Source: a virus
Lineage: Duplodnaviria; Caudoviricetes
DNA: 41,596 nt
IMG/VR virus record: IMGVR_UViG_3300010362_000045
Location: 1 to 41,596 of that record
Direction: 5' to 3' (one strand)
Shown: in pieces, positions 1 through 8,344 of the stretch
Position numbering within the stretch: the stretch's first letter is position 1
How the letters are laid out: each line of letters starts with the position of its first letter
Notes under the pieces: generated by a model
Database searches by the model: none
The model's input: the letters and a program-made list of their open reading frames with translations, nothing else
What the model was told of the DNA's origin: nothing
Position numbers and translations under genes: made by a program

Positions 1-111
1 CCCCAGCAGTCGTTCGACCTCAGCGCAACACGGCCCCAGAACATGGTCGTTGTGGAGCCGCTCTGCGTACGACGGATCGATGCCCGCTAGGTCACTGATC
101 TTGTTAGTCAT
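1..111 (-). CDS. 5' part of a small hypothetical protein spanning the window junction (MTNKISDLAGID...AEVERLLG)
   Basis: ATG at 111, just after the stop of the 120..758 gene. There are 37 open codons ending exactly at base 1, continuing in frame at 41596. Confidence 0.65.
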   Translation of the reverse strand, partial: MTNKISDLAGIDPSYAERLHNDHVLGPCCAEVERLLG

Positions 112-119
112 AACCACAA

Positions 120-758
120 TTAGACTTTCACAGGCGGGTTCGTCCCGCGAGCTGGCAAGACGACCTCGTGCGCCGCGATCCATCGCTCAAGTGCAGAGAC
201 CAGAGGCTGGGGCAACGTCATCGTGTGTCGTCCGGCGAGTCGGCGAGCCGATGCCTCAGCCACGATTGGTCGCGCTATCCGGAGCAATTCCATATCGGAC
301 ACATGTTGCCGGCTGCGCCTGCCCTCCACGTCGTGGACCTCTTCTGAGAACATCGACCTGGGGATCCGCGGACCCACGGCATAGCGTTTGTCAGGACGCC
401 GTATAGCGGTGAGACGGTCAGGCTTGGTCATGTCGGTGACGGTGCGACGGATCAATTGCCGCGTAGCGACGGCACGTCGGCCGGGGGTATCTTCAATGAC
501 CAGATGTCGAAGCGGAGTTCGCCGTCCCGCTTCGACATCCTCTTTGGCTTTCCGCCGGCGCTGCAACCCCTGCATGTCGCGCACATACCGTCGCCAGGCG
601 TAGCCCTCCGGAACCTGAGGGCTGACCTTGGCGACGAGTTCCTCCAGTGAGAGGCCGGTTTCGCCGGCCTCTTTGAGATGGTGGTGGATGACCATTGTGA
701 CATGCATCGCGCCAGGCTGGTCTTTGCCTGAACCGCGAACGCTTTCGCGCTTGGCCAT
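120..758 (-). CDS. Hypothetical basic protein, possibly DNA-binding
   Basis: 212-aa Arg-rich ORF whose ATG directly abuts the stop of the ParB-like gene. Confidence 0.7.
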   Translation of the reverse strand: MAKRESVRGSGKDQPGAMHVTMVIHHHLKEAGETGLSLEELVAKVSPQVPEGYAWRRYVRDMQGLQRRRKAKEDVEAGRRTPLRHLVIEDTPGRRAVATRQLIRRTVTDMTKPDRLTAIRRPDKRYAVGPRIPRSMFSEEVHDVEGRRSRQHVSDMELLRIARPIVAEASARRLAGRHTMTLPQPLVSALERWIAAHEVVLPARGTNPPVKV

Positions 759-1754
759 TTATACGGTGACGAGTTCGCGTTCCGGCTCCGGTGCGGGTGC
801 CGGCACCGGCACCTGGCTCTGGTACAGATCGAGCATGGTGCGCGCGAGATCACCGAGCTGCTGCCACTGAGCGATGCGCTCTTCGCGCTTGTCCTCACGC
901 AGATCCAGGATGGCCATGGGGTTGGCGCTGAGTTTGATCAGGCCACCCAGGTGGAGCACGGTCTGCTGCACTTCTGGACTCACCGTGATACGTCGAGGCG
1001 GCGGGCCACCCGGCTTCATCTCGGAGCGAGCGTCAGCGATGACCGTGATCGCATCCTTGTCAGAGGGTGCCGAATTGACCTTCTTGAGGAGCTCCGTCAC
1101 GGTCTTGTAGGGCGGATTGAACTCACCGACCAGCTCGACCATCGCCGCGAACGGTGGATCGTGCTTGACGCTGTTCAGGCGTACACGATTGTCCTGGCTG
1201 ACCCTGTCGGCGCGGCGCTGCAGGTTCAGGCGCTCGGTACGCTCGCCGAACTCGATCTGACTGCGGATGCGGCGCACCTGCTCGACCGAGCGGCCGATCT
1301 CACGGGCGATCGCCTCGTCAGCGAAGTTCATCTCCATCATCGTCTTCGCCGCTTCAGCTGCCTCTTCGGCGGTCAGGCGTTTGCCGCCCATCTGATTCAG
1401 CGCTGCGGCCAGGCTTTTGGCCATCATGACCGTCGGCAGGCTGACGATGTAGGCCGGGATGGTCTTGCGGCGCAGGCGCTCGGTGGCCTTCAGGCGCGTG
1501 TTGCCGTCGATCAGGGTCGACGGCGCCATGAGCACCACCGGCGGGAAAGCCGCGCCATTGGCCATGTGCTGGCGGTACTCCTCGACCGCGTCCTCGGCGG
1601 CGATGTGCTCAGGCTGGCGCACCTGCGCCCACTCGGCCACGGCGATGCCGTCGACGGGGAAGGTCGGCTCGTAGTGGAACTCCAGGCTCCACTCGAGGAA
1701 CTTGGCCTCGAAACGCGCGTCGCGCGGGCTAGAAGACGTGCTAGCGTCACTCAC
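759..1754 (-). CDS. ParB/Srx-like N-terminal domain protein with HTH
   Basis: VEEYRQHM-GAAFPPVVL...LIDGNTRLKA matches the ParB-N pattern. An HTH-like segment DEAIAREIGRSVEQVRRI follows. GGAG RBS upstream of the GTG. Confidence 0.75.
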   Translation of the reverse strand: MSDASTSSSPRDARFEAKFLEWSLEFHYEPTFPVDGIAVAEWAQVRQPEHIAAEDAVEEYRQHMANGAAFPPVVLMAPSTLIDGNTRLKATERLRRKTIPAYIVSLPTVMMAKSLAAALNQMGGKRLTAEEAAEAAKTMMEMNFADEAIAREIGRSVEQVRRIRSQIEFGERTERLNLQRRADRVSQDNRVRLNSVKHDPPFAAMVELVGEFNPPYKTVTELLKKVNSAPSDKDAITVIADARSEMKPGGPPPRRITVSPEVQQTVLHLGGLIKLSANPMAILDLREDKREERIAQWQQLGDLARTMLDLYQSQVPVPAPAPEPERELVTV

Positions 1755-1969
1755 GGTCCACTGATCTCCTTGGGATCAAGCTGGGCCAGGGTGGCCGCCA
1801 GGTCGCGTCTGGCGGCCATCCACAAACCACCCGTGACGCTACCGCAGATCAATGCGCAGTGTCATCCATCCCGGCGTCACAAAACATGAGACTGTGTAGC
1901 CGACCGTGACGCGTCCGTGATGTCCGCTGCTTGACGCCTGCTGGAGTCCGAAGATAAGTGCAAGACGTC

Positions 1970-2156
1970 GTAAGGTAGCAGTAAGGTAGCAAACCACCCC
2001 GCAGAGGGCCGATTTTGAGATTGCGCGAGGCTTCTGGAGTTTGATCTGATCTTTGATGAAACCCCGTTTACGCGCTACCCGCAATCTCGTGGAAGCCCGT
2101 CTTGGCGTGCCAAAACCCGCCTTCGCGCGCCTCGTAAGGTATCAATAAGGTAGCAA
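1970..2156. other. Putative attP with arm-type repeats
   Basis: Non-coding stretch downstream of the integrase. Tandem GTAAGGTAGCA x2 (1970-1991) and TAAGGTATCAA-TAAGGTAGCAA (2135-2156) flank an AT-richer core bracketed by the inverted repeat GAGATTGCG (2017-2025)/CGCAATCTC (2080-2088). Confidence 0.6.
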
Positions 2157-2166
2157 CGGCGGGGTC

Positions 2167-2490
2167 TTATGAGGGTTCTCCGGTAATGGCCCCGTTGTGT
2201 CGGAGCATCTGCTCTCGCGCGGCCTCCCACCGGTTCGCGGTGGTCTGCCAGCCGCAGCGGCAGCGCACCACGTACTGCTCCACCAGGCCCTGGCCGTCCG
2301 GGCCGAGGTGGCGTCGCGGTTCGACGATCGCGAGGTGGACGTGGTGCGAGACAATCGGCTCCGACGCGAGTTCAACGGTGGCCTGCACGCCCATGGCGCG
2401 CAGCTCCTCGACCATAGCCATCACGCGGCCCAGCCTGCGCCGCGGCAGGCTGAGCGTGACGGTGAGGTCGACCTCTTCGTCGGCAGTCAT
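2167..2490 (-). CDS. Hypothetical protein with CxC/His motif (MTADEEVDL...)
   Basis: ATG at 2490 overlaps the integrase TGA (ATGA coupling). RCRCGW...H is a possible metal-binding motif. Confidence 0.6.
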   Translation of the reverse strand: MTADEEVDLTVTLSLPRRRLGRVMAMVEELRAMGVQATVELASEPIVSHHVHLAIVEPRRHLGPDGQGLVEQYVVRCRCGWQTTANRWEAAREQMLRHNGAITGEPS

Positions 2491-3761
2491 TCCGATGTGT
2501 CGGCTTCGGATGACGGCGGCGCAGCGCTGAACAGCCACTGGTGCAACGGGCCGAGGTAGGAGTTTGACGTGCCGGTCGGCAGGTGCGCGTAGAGGTCATT
2601 GGTGATGCTGATGCTGGAATGTCGCACGACTCGCTGGATGCTATCCATCGGCGCGCCCTGCTGGCGGGACAGGCCGACGTGATCATGTCGAAGCTTGTGC
2701 AGCGTGGCGTCCTCAAGGCCTGGGATGGTCAGGCAGATCTTCTTGAAGGCTTTGAGAAAACTATCCGGCGCGGTTGGTCCACCGAGCACACGCGGATAAC
2801 GCTTCGGTCGATTCGACGGCGTCGAACGGGGGAAGACGAATGACAGTCCCTTCGTCGGATGGACGCCTGGGCCAGTCCAATCGGCGCCGATACGGCGGTG
2901 CAGATCCACACAGCGCTGCCGTTGTTGATCCAGCAAGGCCTCGATGGGTGGCGTGATGTGCAGCCATTCGGCGGTATCGCCACGATGCATCTTCACGCCG
3001 GTTCGCGTGATGATGCCCTTGCCCGGTACACGATTGACGCGCCAGCGGACGTGCAGCTGGTGACGCGGTAGGTCGATGTCGGACCAGCGCAGGCCGAGCA
3101 CCTCTTGGCGACGCAGGCCGTAGGCAACCATGAGGCGGATCGGGATCTCCAACTCGTTGCCGCGCAGTTGCTCGAAGAGAACCTGCAACGCATCGTAGTC
3201 CGGCGGATTGACCTTCTTCCGTTCAAACTTGGGCGGATCGATCTCGGCGGCCGGACTCGTCAGGATCAGGCGACGCCTCTTGGCCCATCGAAGGACAGCC
3301 TTGAGGCGCAGGAGTGATTGATGGGCACTGACCCGCTTACCCTCACGGAGGAGTGTGTCGAGCCAGTTGATGATGTGCTGCTCAGTGAGATCACTCAAGC
3401 GAATGCAACCGAGTCCCCCAGTGTCGATGCGTTTCAGGTCGCTCCTGTAGCTCACGACCGTCGTCGTTGTCTCAAGGTTTTCGGTCAGCGCATGGTGCTC
3501 AAGCCACTGCTGACAAATCTCGTTGAGCGTGAGCTGTGACGGCTTGACCGTCGGATCGACGCGCCCGAGCACCACGTCTCTGGCGTAGTCGGTGCGTTTG
3601 GCGAGCGCCTCTTCCTGCGTCAGGGCCTCGAAGGCCTTTGAGCGACCGTTGCCGAGCGAGACGCGCGCGATCCAGCGCTGACGTCGCTTGTCGAAGAAGA
3701 CCGTGCCCAGACCTCGCGGGCCGCGAGGCTTCGGGGCAGGTGCGTTAGGATTGCCGCGCAT
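2487..3761 (-). CDS. int: Tyrosine integrase
   Basis: N-terminal arm-binding region (GLGTVFFDKRRQRWIARVSL) and catalytic motifs YGLRRQEVLGLRWSDID, HKLRH, RHSSISITNDLYAH. Strong RBS (AAAGGAG). Confidence 0.95.
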   Translation of the reverse strand: MRGNPNAPAPKPRGPRGLGTVFFDKRRQRWIARVSLGNGRSKAFEALTQEEALAKRTDYARDVVLGRVDPTVKPSQLTLNEICQQWLEHHALTENLETTTTVVSYRSDLKRIDTGGLGCIRLSDLTEQHIINWLDTLLREGKRVSAHQSLLRLKAVLRWAKRRRLILTSPAAEIDPPKFERKKVNPPDYDALQVLFEQLRGNELEIPIRLMVAYGLRRQEVLGLRWSDIDLPRHQLHVRWRVNRVPGKGIITRTGVKMHRGDTAEWLHITPPIEALLDQQRQRCVDLHRRIGADWTGPGVHPTKGLSFVFPRSTPSNRPKRYPRVLGGPTAPDSFLKAFKKICLTIPGLEDATLHKLRHDHVGLSRQQGAPMDSIQRVVRHSSISITNDLYAHLPTGTSNSYLGPLHQWLFSAAPPSSEADTSE

Positions 3762-3842
3762 TCGAAAGCTCTCTCCTTTCGGGTGCCACGGCCCCCGCTC
3801 AGTGCTTGCTGACGGGGGTCGATTCCTTTACGTAGGTGGCAC
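3762..3842 (-). promoter_or_regulatory. Structured 5' leader of integrase
   Basis: On the minus strand, GUGCCAC/GUGGCAC enclose the hairpin GACCCCCG-UCAG-loop-CUGA-G-CGGGGGCC. It is followed by CGAAAG-GAGAGAG-CUUUCG, which covers the RBS just before AUG. Confidence 0.45.
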
Positions 3843-3904
3843 GTCGGGCCGATTGTACGAGGCTTCTGGGTAGCGCACAAACCGTGAAGTAGCGCACGCG
3901 AGCG

Positions 3905-4339
3905 CTACTCGTCGTCGCGCACGGGCGCCGGCTCGAGGCGCGCGGACATCGCCTGCAGCCCGTCCAGGAGGATGTCGGCCCAGTCCATCGCTTCACCGAA
4001 GCGGGACAGGTCGACGCTCTCCATGATGCGGGCAAAGCGACGCTTGCGGGCGCGGATCTCGAGTCGGCGCGGGTGCTGCGGGCGGGATGGCTCAGCCATG
4101 GGCAGGTGTCCGGCGGCTCTCAGGAGCTCGATGGCATCCATCTCAAGGATCTCGGCCATCTGCAGCACTGTGCTCGGCAAGGGGGTCTTGCGCGTGGCCG
4201 GGTTGGTCGAGAGCCAGCGGCCCACGGTGCTCTCGCGGGTCTCGAGCAGCTGGGCGAAATAGCGACGGGTCCAGTGACGTGCGTCCAGCTCCTGACGCAA
4301 AACGAGGTGCAGATCAGCACTGCTCGGGGAGGAGCACAT
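3905..4339 (-). CDS. XRE-family HTH phage repressor
   Basis: HTH pattern LRQELDARHWTRRYFAQLLETRESTVGRWL...ELLRAAGHLP. It lies upstream of the integrase and is divergent from the excisionase operon. Confidence 0.8.
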   Translation of the reverse strand: MCSSPSSADLHLVLRQELDARHWTRRYFAQLLETRESTVGRWLSTNPATRKTPLPSTVLQMAEILEMDAIELLRAAGHLPMAEPSRPQHPRRLEIRARKRRFARIMESVDLSRFGEAMDWADILLDGLQAMSARLEPAPVRDDE

Positions 4340-4468
4340 AGCGACATGCCCAGACTAGCCGATGACACGGGCCGCCCGTCCCGGACAGTCATTTCACTGC
4401 TAAAGCGTAAACTGCGTCACCCGAGCGGCGCAAGGCGAGAATGTAGCGCAGGCAGGCGTAAGCATTTC

Positions 4469-4496
4469 TGTGTAACATTGCGCTGCCGTTTACACA
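4469..4496. promoter_or_regulatory. Candidate operator (inverted repeat TGTGTAA-N14-TTACACA)
   Basis: Inverted repeat in the AT-richer switch region between the repressor and excisionase genes. Related GCGTAA/TTACGC half-sites lie nearby. Confidence 0.35.
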
Positions 4497-4600
4497 ACGA
4501 GCGATCAACGTTAAGACGCGGCGGGTGGGGACGCCGAGCCACAGCAGGGGTAAGTCGGAAGGGGTTCCTGCCCATGCCAGCCGCAGCTTTTACGCTCGTC

Positions 4601-4624
4601 AGTATAGAACGTCTGTTCTATACT
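4601..4624. promoter_or_regulatory. LexA/SOS box (AGAAC-N4-GTTCT) overlapping the rightward early promoter
   Basis: Palindrome AGTATAGAAC-GTCT-GTTCTATACT with perfect 10-bp arms. It contains a -10-like TATACT (4619-4624), with a -35-like TCGTCA (4596-4601) 17 bp upstream. Confidence 0.75.
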
Positions 4625-4728
4625 CTGGGGGTGCCGGCGTCGTGTCACAGTTTGTGTAGCGCTGCGCCGTGGCCCGTGTCGGCACGCCACGGCATGCCGG
4701 GAATGGCCGGCGTGTGTTGGAGCGTGCC

Positions 4729-5097
4729 ATGACCCGCGACGAGGCCTTGAAGCCCGCCGGGGACGCGGGCCAGACTCGGCCTCCGACACGCCGCGACAAA
4801 CGACGTGCAGGGAGGAACAAGCCGGTGGTCGTTGCCGAGGAGATGGTCGAACAACCAGCCGAACCTGTCGTGTGGCTCACGCGGGAACAGGTGTGCAAGC
4901 GGCTCAACATCAGTCTCACCACGCTCAACTCGCTCGACAAGCAACCAGGATTTCCTGTCTTTCGCCGCGGTCGCCTGGTGCGCTACGCCGCGGCCGCCGT
5001 CGACGAGTGGGTCAAGCAGTGGCACCAGCCCGACCAGCCGATCACACCGCCGGTGCTGCAGATCGCGCCGCAGCGCGCGCGCAAGCCACGCTCGTGA
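4729..5097 (+). CDS. Excisionase-like HTH protein
   Basis: WLTREQVCKRLNISLTTL...FPVFRRGRLVRYAAAAVDEWV is an Xis/HTH_17 pattern. ATG 4729 has a GGAG RBS. Confidence 0.8.
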   Translation: MTRDEALKPAGDAGQTRPPTRRDKRRAGRNKPVVVAEEMVEQPAEPVVWLTREQVCKRLNISLTTLNSLDKQPGFPVFRRGRLVRYAAAAVDEWVKQWHQPDQPITPPVLQIAPQRARKPRS

Positions 5098-5387
5098 GCA
5101 CGATGGTCGAGTACTACTCCGAAGCGCTCATCGGCACGCTCAAGGACATCGGCCAGGTCCTCGAGCAGCTACGCGCGCGACTGGCCTCGTCGTCGGACAC
5201 GCGCTCGTCGGTCGACATCAAGTCGTCGACGCGTGGCGTGGACATCGAGGTGAAGGTCTACCTGAACGATCCGGCGCTACCGATCTCGGAAGCGGGCGAC
5301 GCGGCGCAGGCCGAGTACCGCCGCCAGTTCGAGCAGATCGAGGCCTGGCTGCTGGGTCGCAATAGCAAACCCATCGGCAAGGCCTGA
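5094..5387 (+). CDS. Hypothetical protein (SSVDIKSSTRGVDIEVKVY)
   Basis: GTGA overlap with the upstream stop and TGATG coupling downstream; plausible globular sequence. Confidence 0.7.
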   Translation: MSTMVEYYSEALIGTLKDIGQVLEQLRARLASSSDTRSSVDIKSSTRGVDIEVKVYLNDPALPISEAGDAAQAEYRRQFEQIEAWLLGRNSKPIGKA

Positions 5388-5782
5388 TGGCCGTGGTGCT
5401 CGCAGGCCTGCTGCTCGTGTCGTCGATCTCGGCTCCATCGGCGGGCAGCCTGGAGCCTGGGGAGCCGAGTTCGTCCGCCGATGATGGCTCCAGCGGGCTC
5501 CAGGCGCTACCGCCAACCGACTCGCGTACGTGGCCCATCGGCGGCGCGCTCGGCGCTCGCCTCTACTGCATCGAGTGGTACGAGTCGCGCCACTTCGGCG
5601 GCGCGCGCAATCCGTATAGCGGAGCACGGGGATGGCTCCAATGGCTACCCGCGACGGCACGAGCGTGGGGCGTGATCATCGGCGACCGAACCTCCGAATG
5701 GCAAGCCGCGGCGCGCATCGCCGCGCACGGCGAACGGTTCTTCGCATCCCAGTGGGTGCCGATCCAGGGGGGTTTGTGTTGA
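5387..5782 (+). CDS. Secreted lytic transglycosylase-like (SLT/Rpf-like) protein
   Basis: Hydrophobic signal-like N-terminus. CIEWYES...ARNPYSGARGWLQWLPATARAWG matches the lysozyme-like catalytic ES and GLxQ motifs. Confidence 0.7.
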   Translation: MAVVLAGLLLVSSISAPSAGSLEPGEPSSSADDGSSGLQALPPTDSRTWPIGGALGARLYCIEWYESRHFGGARNPYSGARGWLQWLPATARAWGVIIGDRTSEWQAAARIAAHGERFFASQWVPIQGGLC

Positions 5783-5928
5783 GAGGGGGCATCCAGCTCG
5801 ACCGCTGTCATCCGGAGCCGAGCTTCCACGCGCGTGGCTGGCTGCTCGGCGTAGCGATGGGTGTGCTCAGCTGGATCGTCATCATCAACGTCGGCATCAC
5901 GATCTGGAGGAGGATCTTCGGTGACTGA
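5779..5928 (+). CDS. Small single-pass membrane protein
   Basis: TTGA overlap with the upstream stop; hydrophobic segment GWLLGVAMGVLSWIVIINVGITIW. Confidence 0.55.
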   Translation: MRGGIQLDRCHPEPSFHARGWLLGVAMGVLSWIVIINVGITIWRRIFGD

Positions 5929-7096
5929 TCAGGCGCTCGCGATATCGACGCGCGACCCGGTCGATCTGCGGCTGCAGTTCGTGGCGCCGCTCGAGGTACT
6001 GCAGGAACAGCTCAAGGAGTTGGAGCAGTTCAAGCTCAGCATCATGATCCCAGGTCTCGACTTCGGGGTGATCCCCGGGACCGACCGTCCGACGCTATTG
6101 AAGCCGGGTGCCGAGAAGCTTGCGCTGGCGTACGGCATGACGCCGTTGTTCTCGGATTCAAAGCGGATCGAGGATTGGGAGAACGGCTTCTTCTTCTACG
6201 AGTTCGAATGCACGTTGATCAACCGCCGGACGGAGGCCAAGATGGCCAACGCGATCGGCTCGGCCAATTCCAAGGAGCCGCGTTACCGGTGGCGTGATGC
6301 GCGCCCGGCCTGTCCCGAATGCGGCGAAGACTTGCGCCGCAGCAAGCGTACCCAGGCCTCGGGCGACAACCCCGGCTGGTACTGCTGGAGGAAGATGGGG
6401 GGCTGCGGCAGGGAGTTCCCCAGGGACCAGATCAAGGTCGGACGGGTGGAGAACCCTGAGCCCTACGAATTGGTGAACACGCTGCAGAAGATGGCGCAGA
6501 AGCGGGCGCTGGTAGCCGCGGTGCTGCTGGCCACGGGGGGATCGTCCATCTGGACGCAGGACCTCGAAGACATCGAGTCGGCGCCCGATGAAGAGCGCGT
6601 GGTCGAGGTGCCCACGCGCGAGCGCGAGGTCAACGACGCGCCTCGAGCGGAGCCGAAGCGTGGGCCAGGACGTCCGCCGAAACCGGTCGGACCGGACGAG
6701 ATGATCTCGAGCGGCGACCATGACTTGTGGAAGCGCTGGCTGCAGGTGAAAGGCGAGGCCGAAAAGCTCGGAGTGAGGGTGAGCGAGCTGCGGCTACCGC
6801 TCAGCCGTCGGCAGCTGGTCGACCACGGGCTGCTGGTAGCGAAGGCAAAGACGGAGCGGCTGGCGAAGCTGGCCGACGAGGACGCGGCGCGAGCGGCCGG
6901 GGCCAACGCGCGCGCGGCGGACCAGGCTGAGCGCGGTACGGGAGCCTCAGCCTGGGACCGCAACCGCGAGCTGGTGGACGAGGCGTACGCGCTCGGATTG
7001 AAGCCGTTGATCTTACCGAGCAACGCGCCGATCGCTGAGGTGGAAGCGGCCAACCTCGACCTGATGGCGGCTATCGATGCGTTCGACGCGGAGTAG
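5921..7096 (+). CDS. Putative single-strand annealing (Rad52/Sak/ERF-like) protein with inserted Zn ribbon
   Basis: GGAGG RBS before GTG 5921. Motifs DFGVIPGTDRPTLLKPGAEKL and NTLQKMAQKRALVAAVL...WTQDLED, with a CPECG...CWRKMGGCG insert. Function inferred from motif resemblance and position. Confidence 0.55.
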   Translation: MTDQALAISTRDPVDLRLQFVAPLEVLQEQLKELEQFKLSIMIPGLDFGVIPGTDRPTLLKPGAEKLALAYGMTPLFSDSKRIEDWENGFFFYEFECTLINRRTEAKMANAIGSANSKEPRYRWRDARPACPECGEDLRRSKRTQASGDNPGWYCWRKMGGCGREFPRDQIKVGRVENPEPYELVNTLQKMAQKRALVAAVLLATGGSSIWTQDLEDIESAPDEERVVEVPTREREVNDAPRAEPKRGPGRPPKPVGPDEMISSGDHDLWKRWLQVKGEAEKLGVRVSELRLPLSRRQLVDHGLLVAKAKTERLAKLADEDAARAAGANARAADQAERGTGASAWDRNRELVDEAYALGLKPLILPSNAPIAEVEAANLDLMAAIDAFDAE

Positions 7097-7099
7097 GCC

Positions 7100-8071
7100 G
7101 TGTCAACGGAGATTGTGGCATCGGGTGAGTTCGCGTCGTCGGCCGAGGAGCGCGTCCAGGACCTGATCGTCCAGTTCGCGAATTCGTGGCGGCGCACGCT
7201 GGCGCTCGCGATCGAATTGGGCGAAGCACTGCGCGAACTCAAAGGTGAGCTGGGGCACGGCAACTGGTTGCCGTGGGTAGAGGAGAAGTTTCCGTACGGC
7301 GAACGGATGGCGCGCCGGTTTATGGACCTGGCGGCAAATCGGTCAGAAATGTCCGATTTACCGGTGGACACGCCGTTCACCTCGGCGCTGGACTGGCTGC
7401 GCGAGCAGCGACGCAATGGCAGACCGGTACCGGAGCCGGAGTCGAAGGAGCTGGAGGAGCAACTCCAGCTCCTGCGCTTCGCGCACGCGGAGCAGCCGAC
7501 CGCGACGCTGATTGCGTTGATCCTGCGCGTGTTGTTTCCGGATGCGCGCAACGCACTCGATGTGACCTATGGCTCCGGTGCGTTCTGGGATGGCTCGGCG
7601 CACGTGAAGGTAACAGCGCACGACCTGGACCCGCGGCGGGTGCCGCCGGACGGGCTGATGAATTTTCTCCGCCTGACCTATGCGAACGACAGCTTCGACG
7701 TGGTGATCTTCGACCCGCCGCATCTGGCCGACACGGGCGATGCCTCGATCATGGGCGAGCGATTCGGCACGTATCAGAATCAGCAACTCGGCGAGCACAT
7801 CGCACAAGGCACGCTCGAGGCGTGGCGCGTGGCGCGGCTGGGCATCGTCTGCAAAGTGACCGACCACGTCCACGGCCATGAGTGGCAGGAAGAGAGCAGC
7901 TGGGTACGCGGCGCGCTCGAGGGGCTCAGGCCGTACGACGTGGTGCATCAGGTGCGCGACAAGCCGCTCGTCGCGCCGATGTGGCGCGAGCAGCTCAGTG
8001 CGTACAACAACGGATCCACCTACCTGATCTTCAGGAAGGGTGACCAGAAGCACGTGCGGAGGTCGAGGTGA
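7100..8071 (+). CDS. DUF3102-like domain fused to an amino-type DNA methyltransferase
   Basis: N-terminal AIELGEALRELKGELGHGNWLPWVEEKF...ARRFMDLA; SAM-binding LDVTYGSGAFW; catalytic-type FDVVIFDPPH. Confidence 0.75.
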   Translation: MSTEIVASGEFASSAEERVQDLIVQFANSWRRTLALAIELGEALRELKGELGHGNWLPWVEEKFPYGERMARRFMDLAANRSEMSDLPVDTPFTSALDWLREQRRNGRPVPEPESKELEEQLQLLRFAHAEQPTATLIALILRVLFPDARNALDVTYGSGAFWDGSAHVKVTAHDLDPRRVPPDGLMNFLRLTYANDSFDVVIFDPPHLADTGDASIMGERFGTYQNQQLGEHIAQGTLEAWRVARLGIVCKVTDHVHGHEWQEESSWVRGALEGLRPYDVVHQVRDKPLVAPMWREQLSAYNNGSTYLIFRKGDQKHVRRSR

Positions 8072-8328
8072 GTCTGGCCGATCAGACCTACACGTTCTGG
8101 AGCATGGACACGCCGAGCGGGCCGATCCTGATCGCGCCGTGCTGTCATCCCGAGTCGGAGGCGGAGCGGCCAGACGTACCGACGGGGCTCGTGTGTCCCG
8201 ACCACGCGCGCAGCGTCTATCTGTGCGTGGACCTGAGCATGCTATGGTGCGACGGCGGGGCGGACGCGCAAGGCGAGTTCAACCACGCGCATCGGCTTGA
8301 GCTGGTCTCTGGCGACGATCTGGACTAG
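8068..8328 (+). CDS. Hypothetical Cys/His-rich protein
   Basis: GTGA coupling with the upstream gene; 86 aa. Confidence 0.55.
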   Translation: MSLADQTYTFWSMDTPSGPILIAPCCHPESEAERPDVPTGLVCPDHARSVYLCVDLSMLWCDGGADAQGEFNHAHRLELVSGDDLD

Positions 8329-8344
8329 GGAGTATCGGGTGCCG

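Noticed and set aside
759-1754. Phage-plasmid lifestyle suggested by the ParB-like gene
   Set aside because: No ParA or plasmid Rep was recognised, and an intact integrase with an attP-like site supports integration.
1755-2166. tRNA gene or tRNA-derived att core
   Set aside because: No cloverleaf or T-loop (GTTCGA..CC) signature is visible on either strand.
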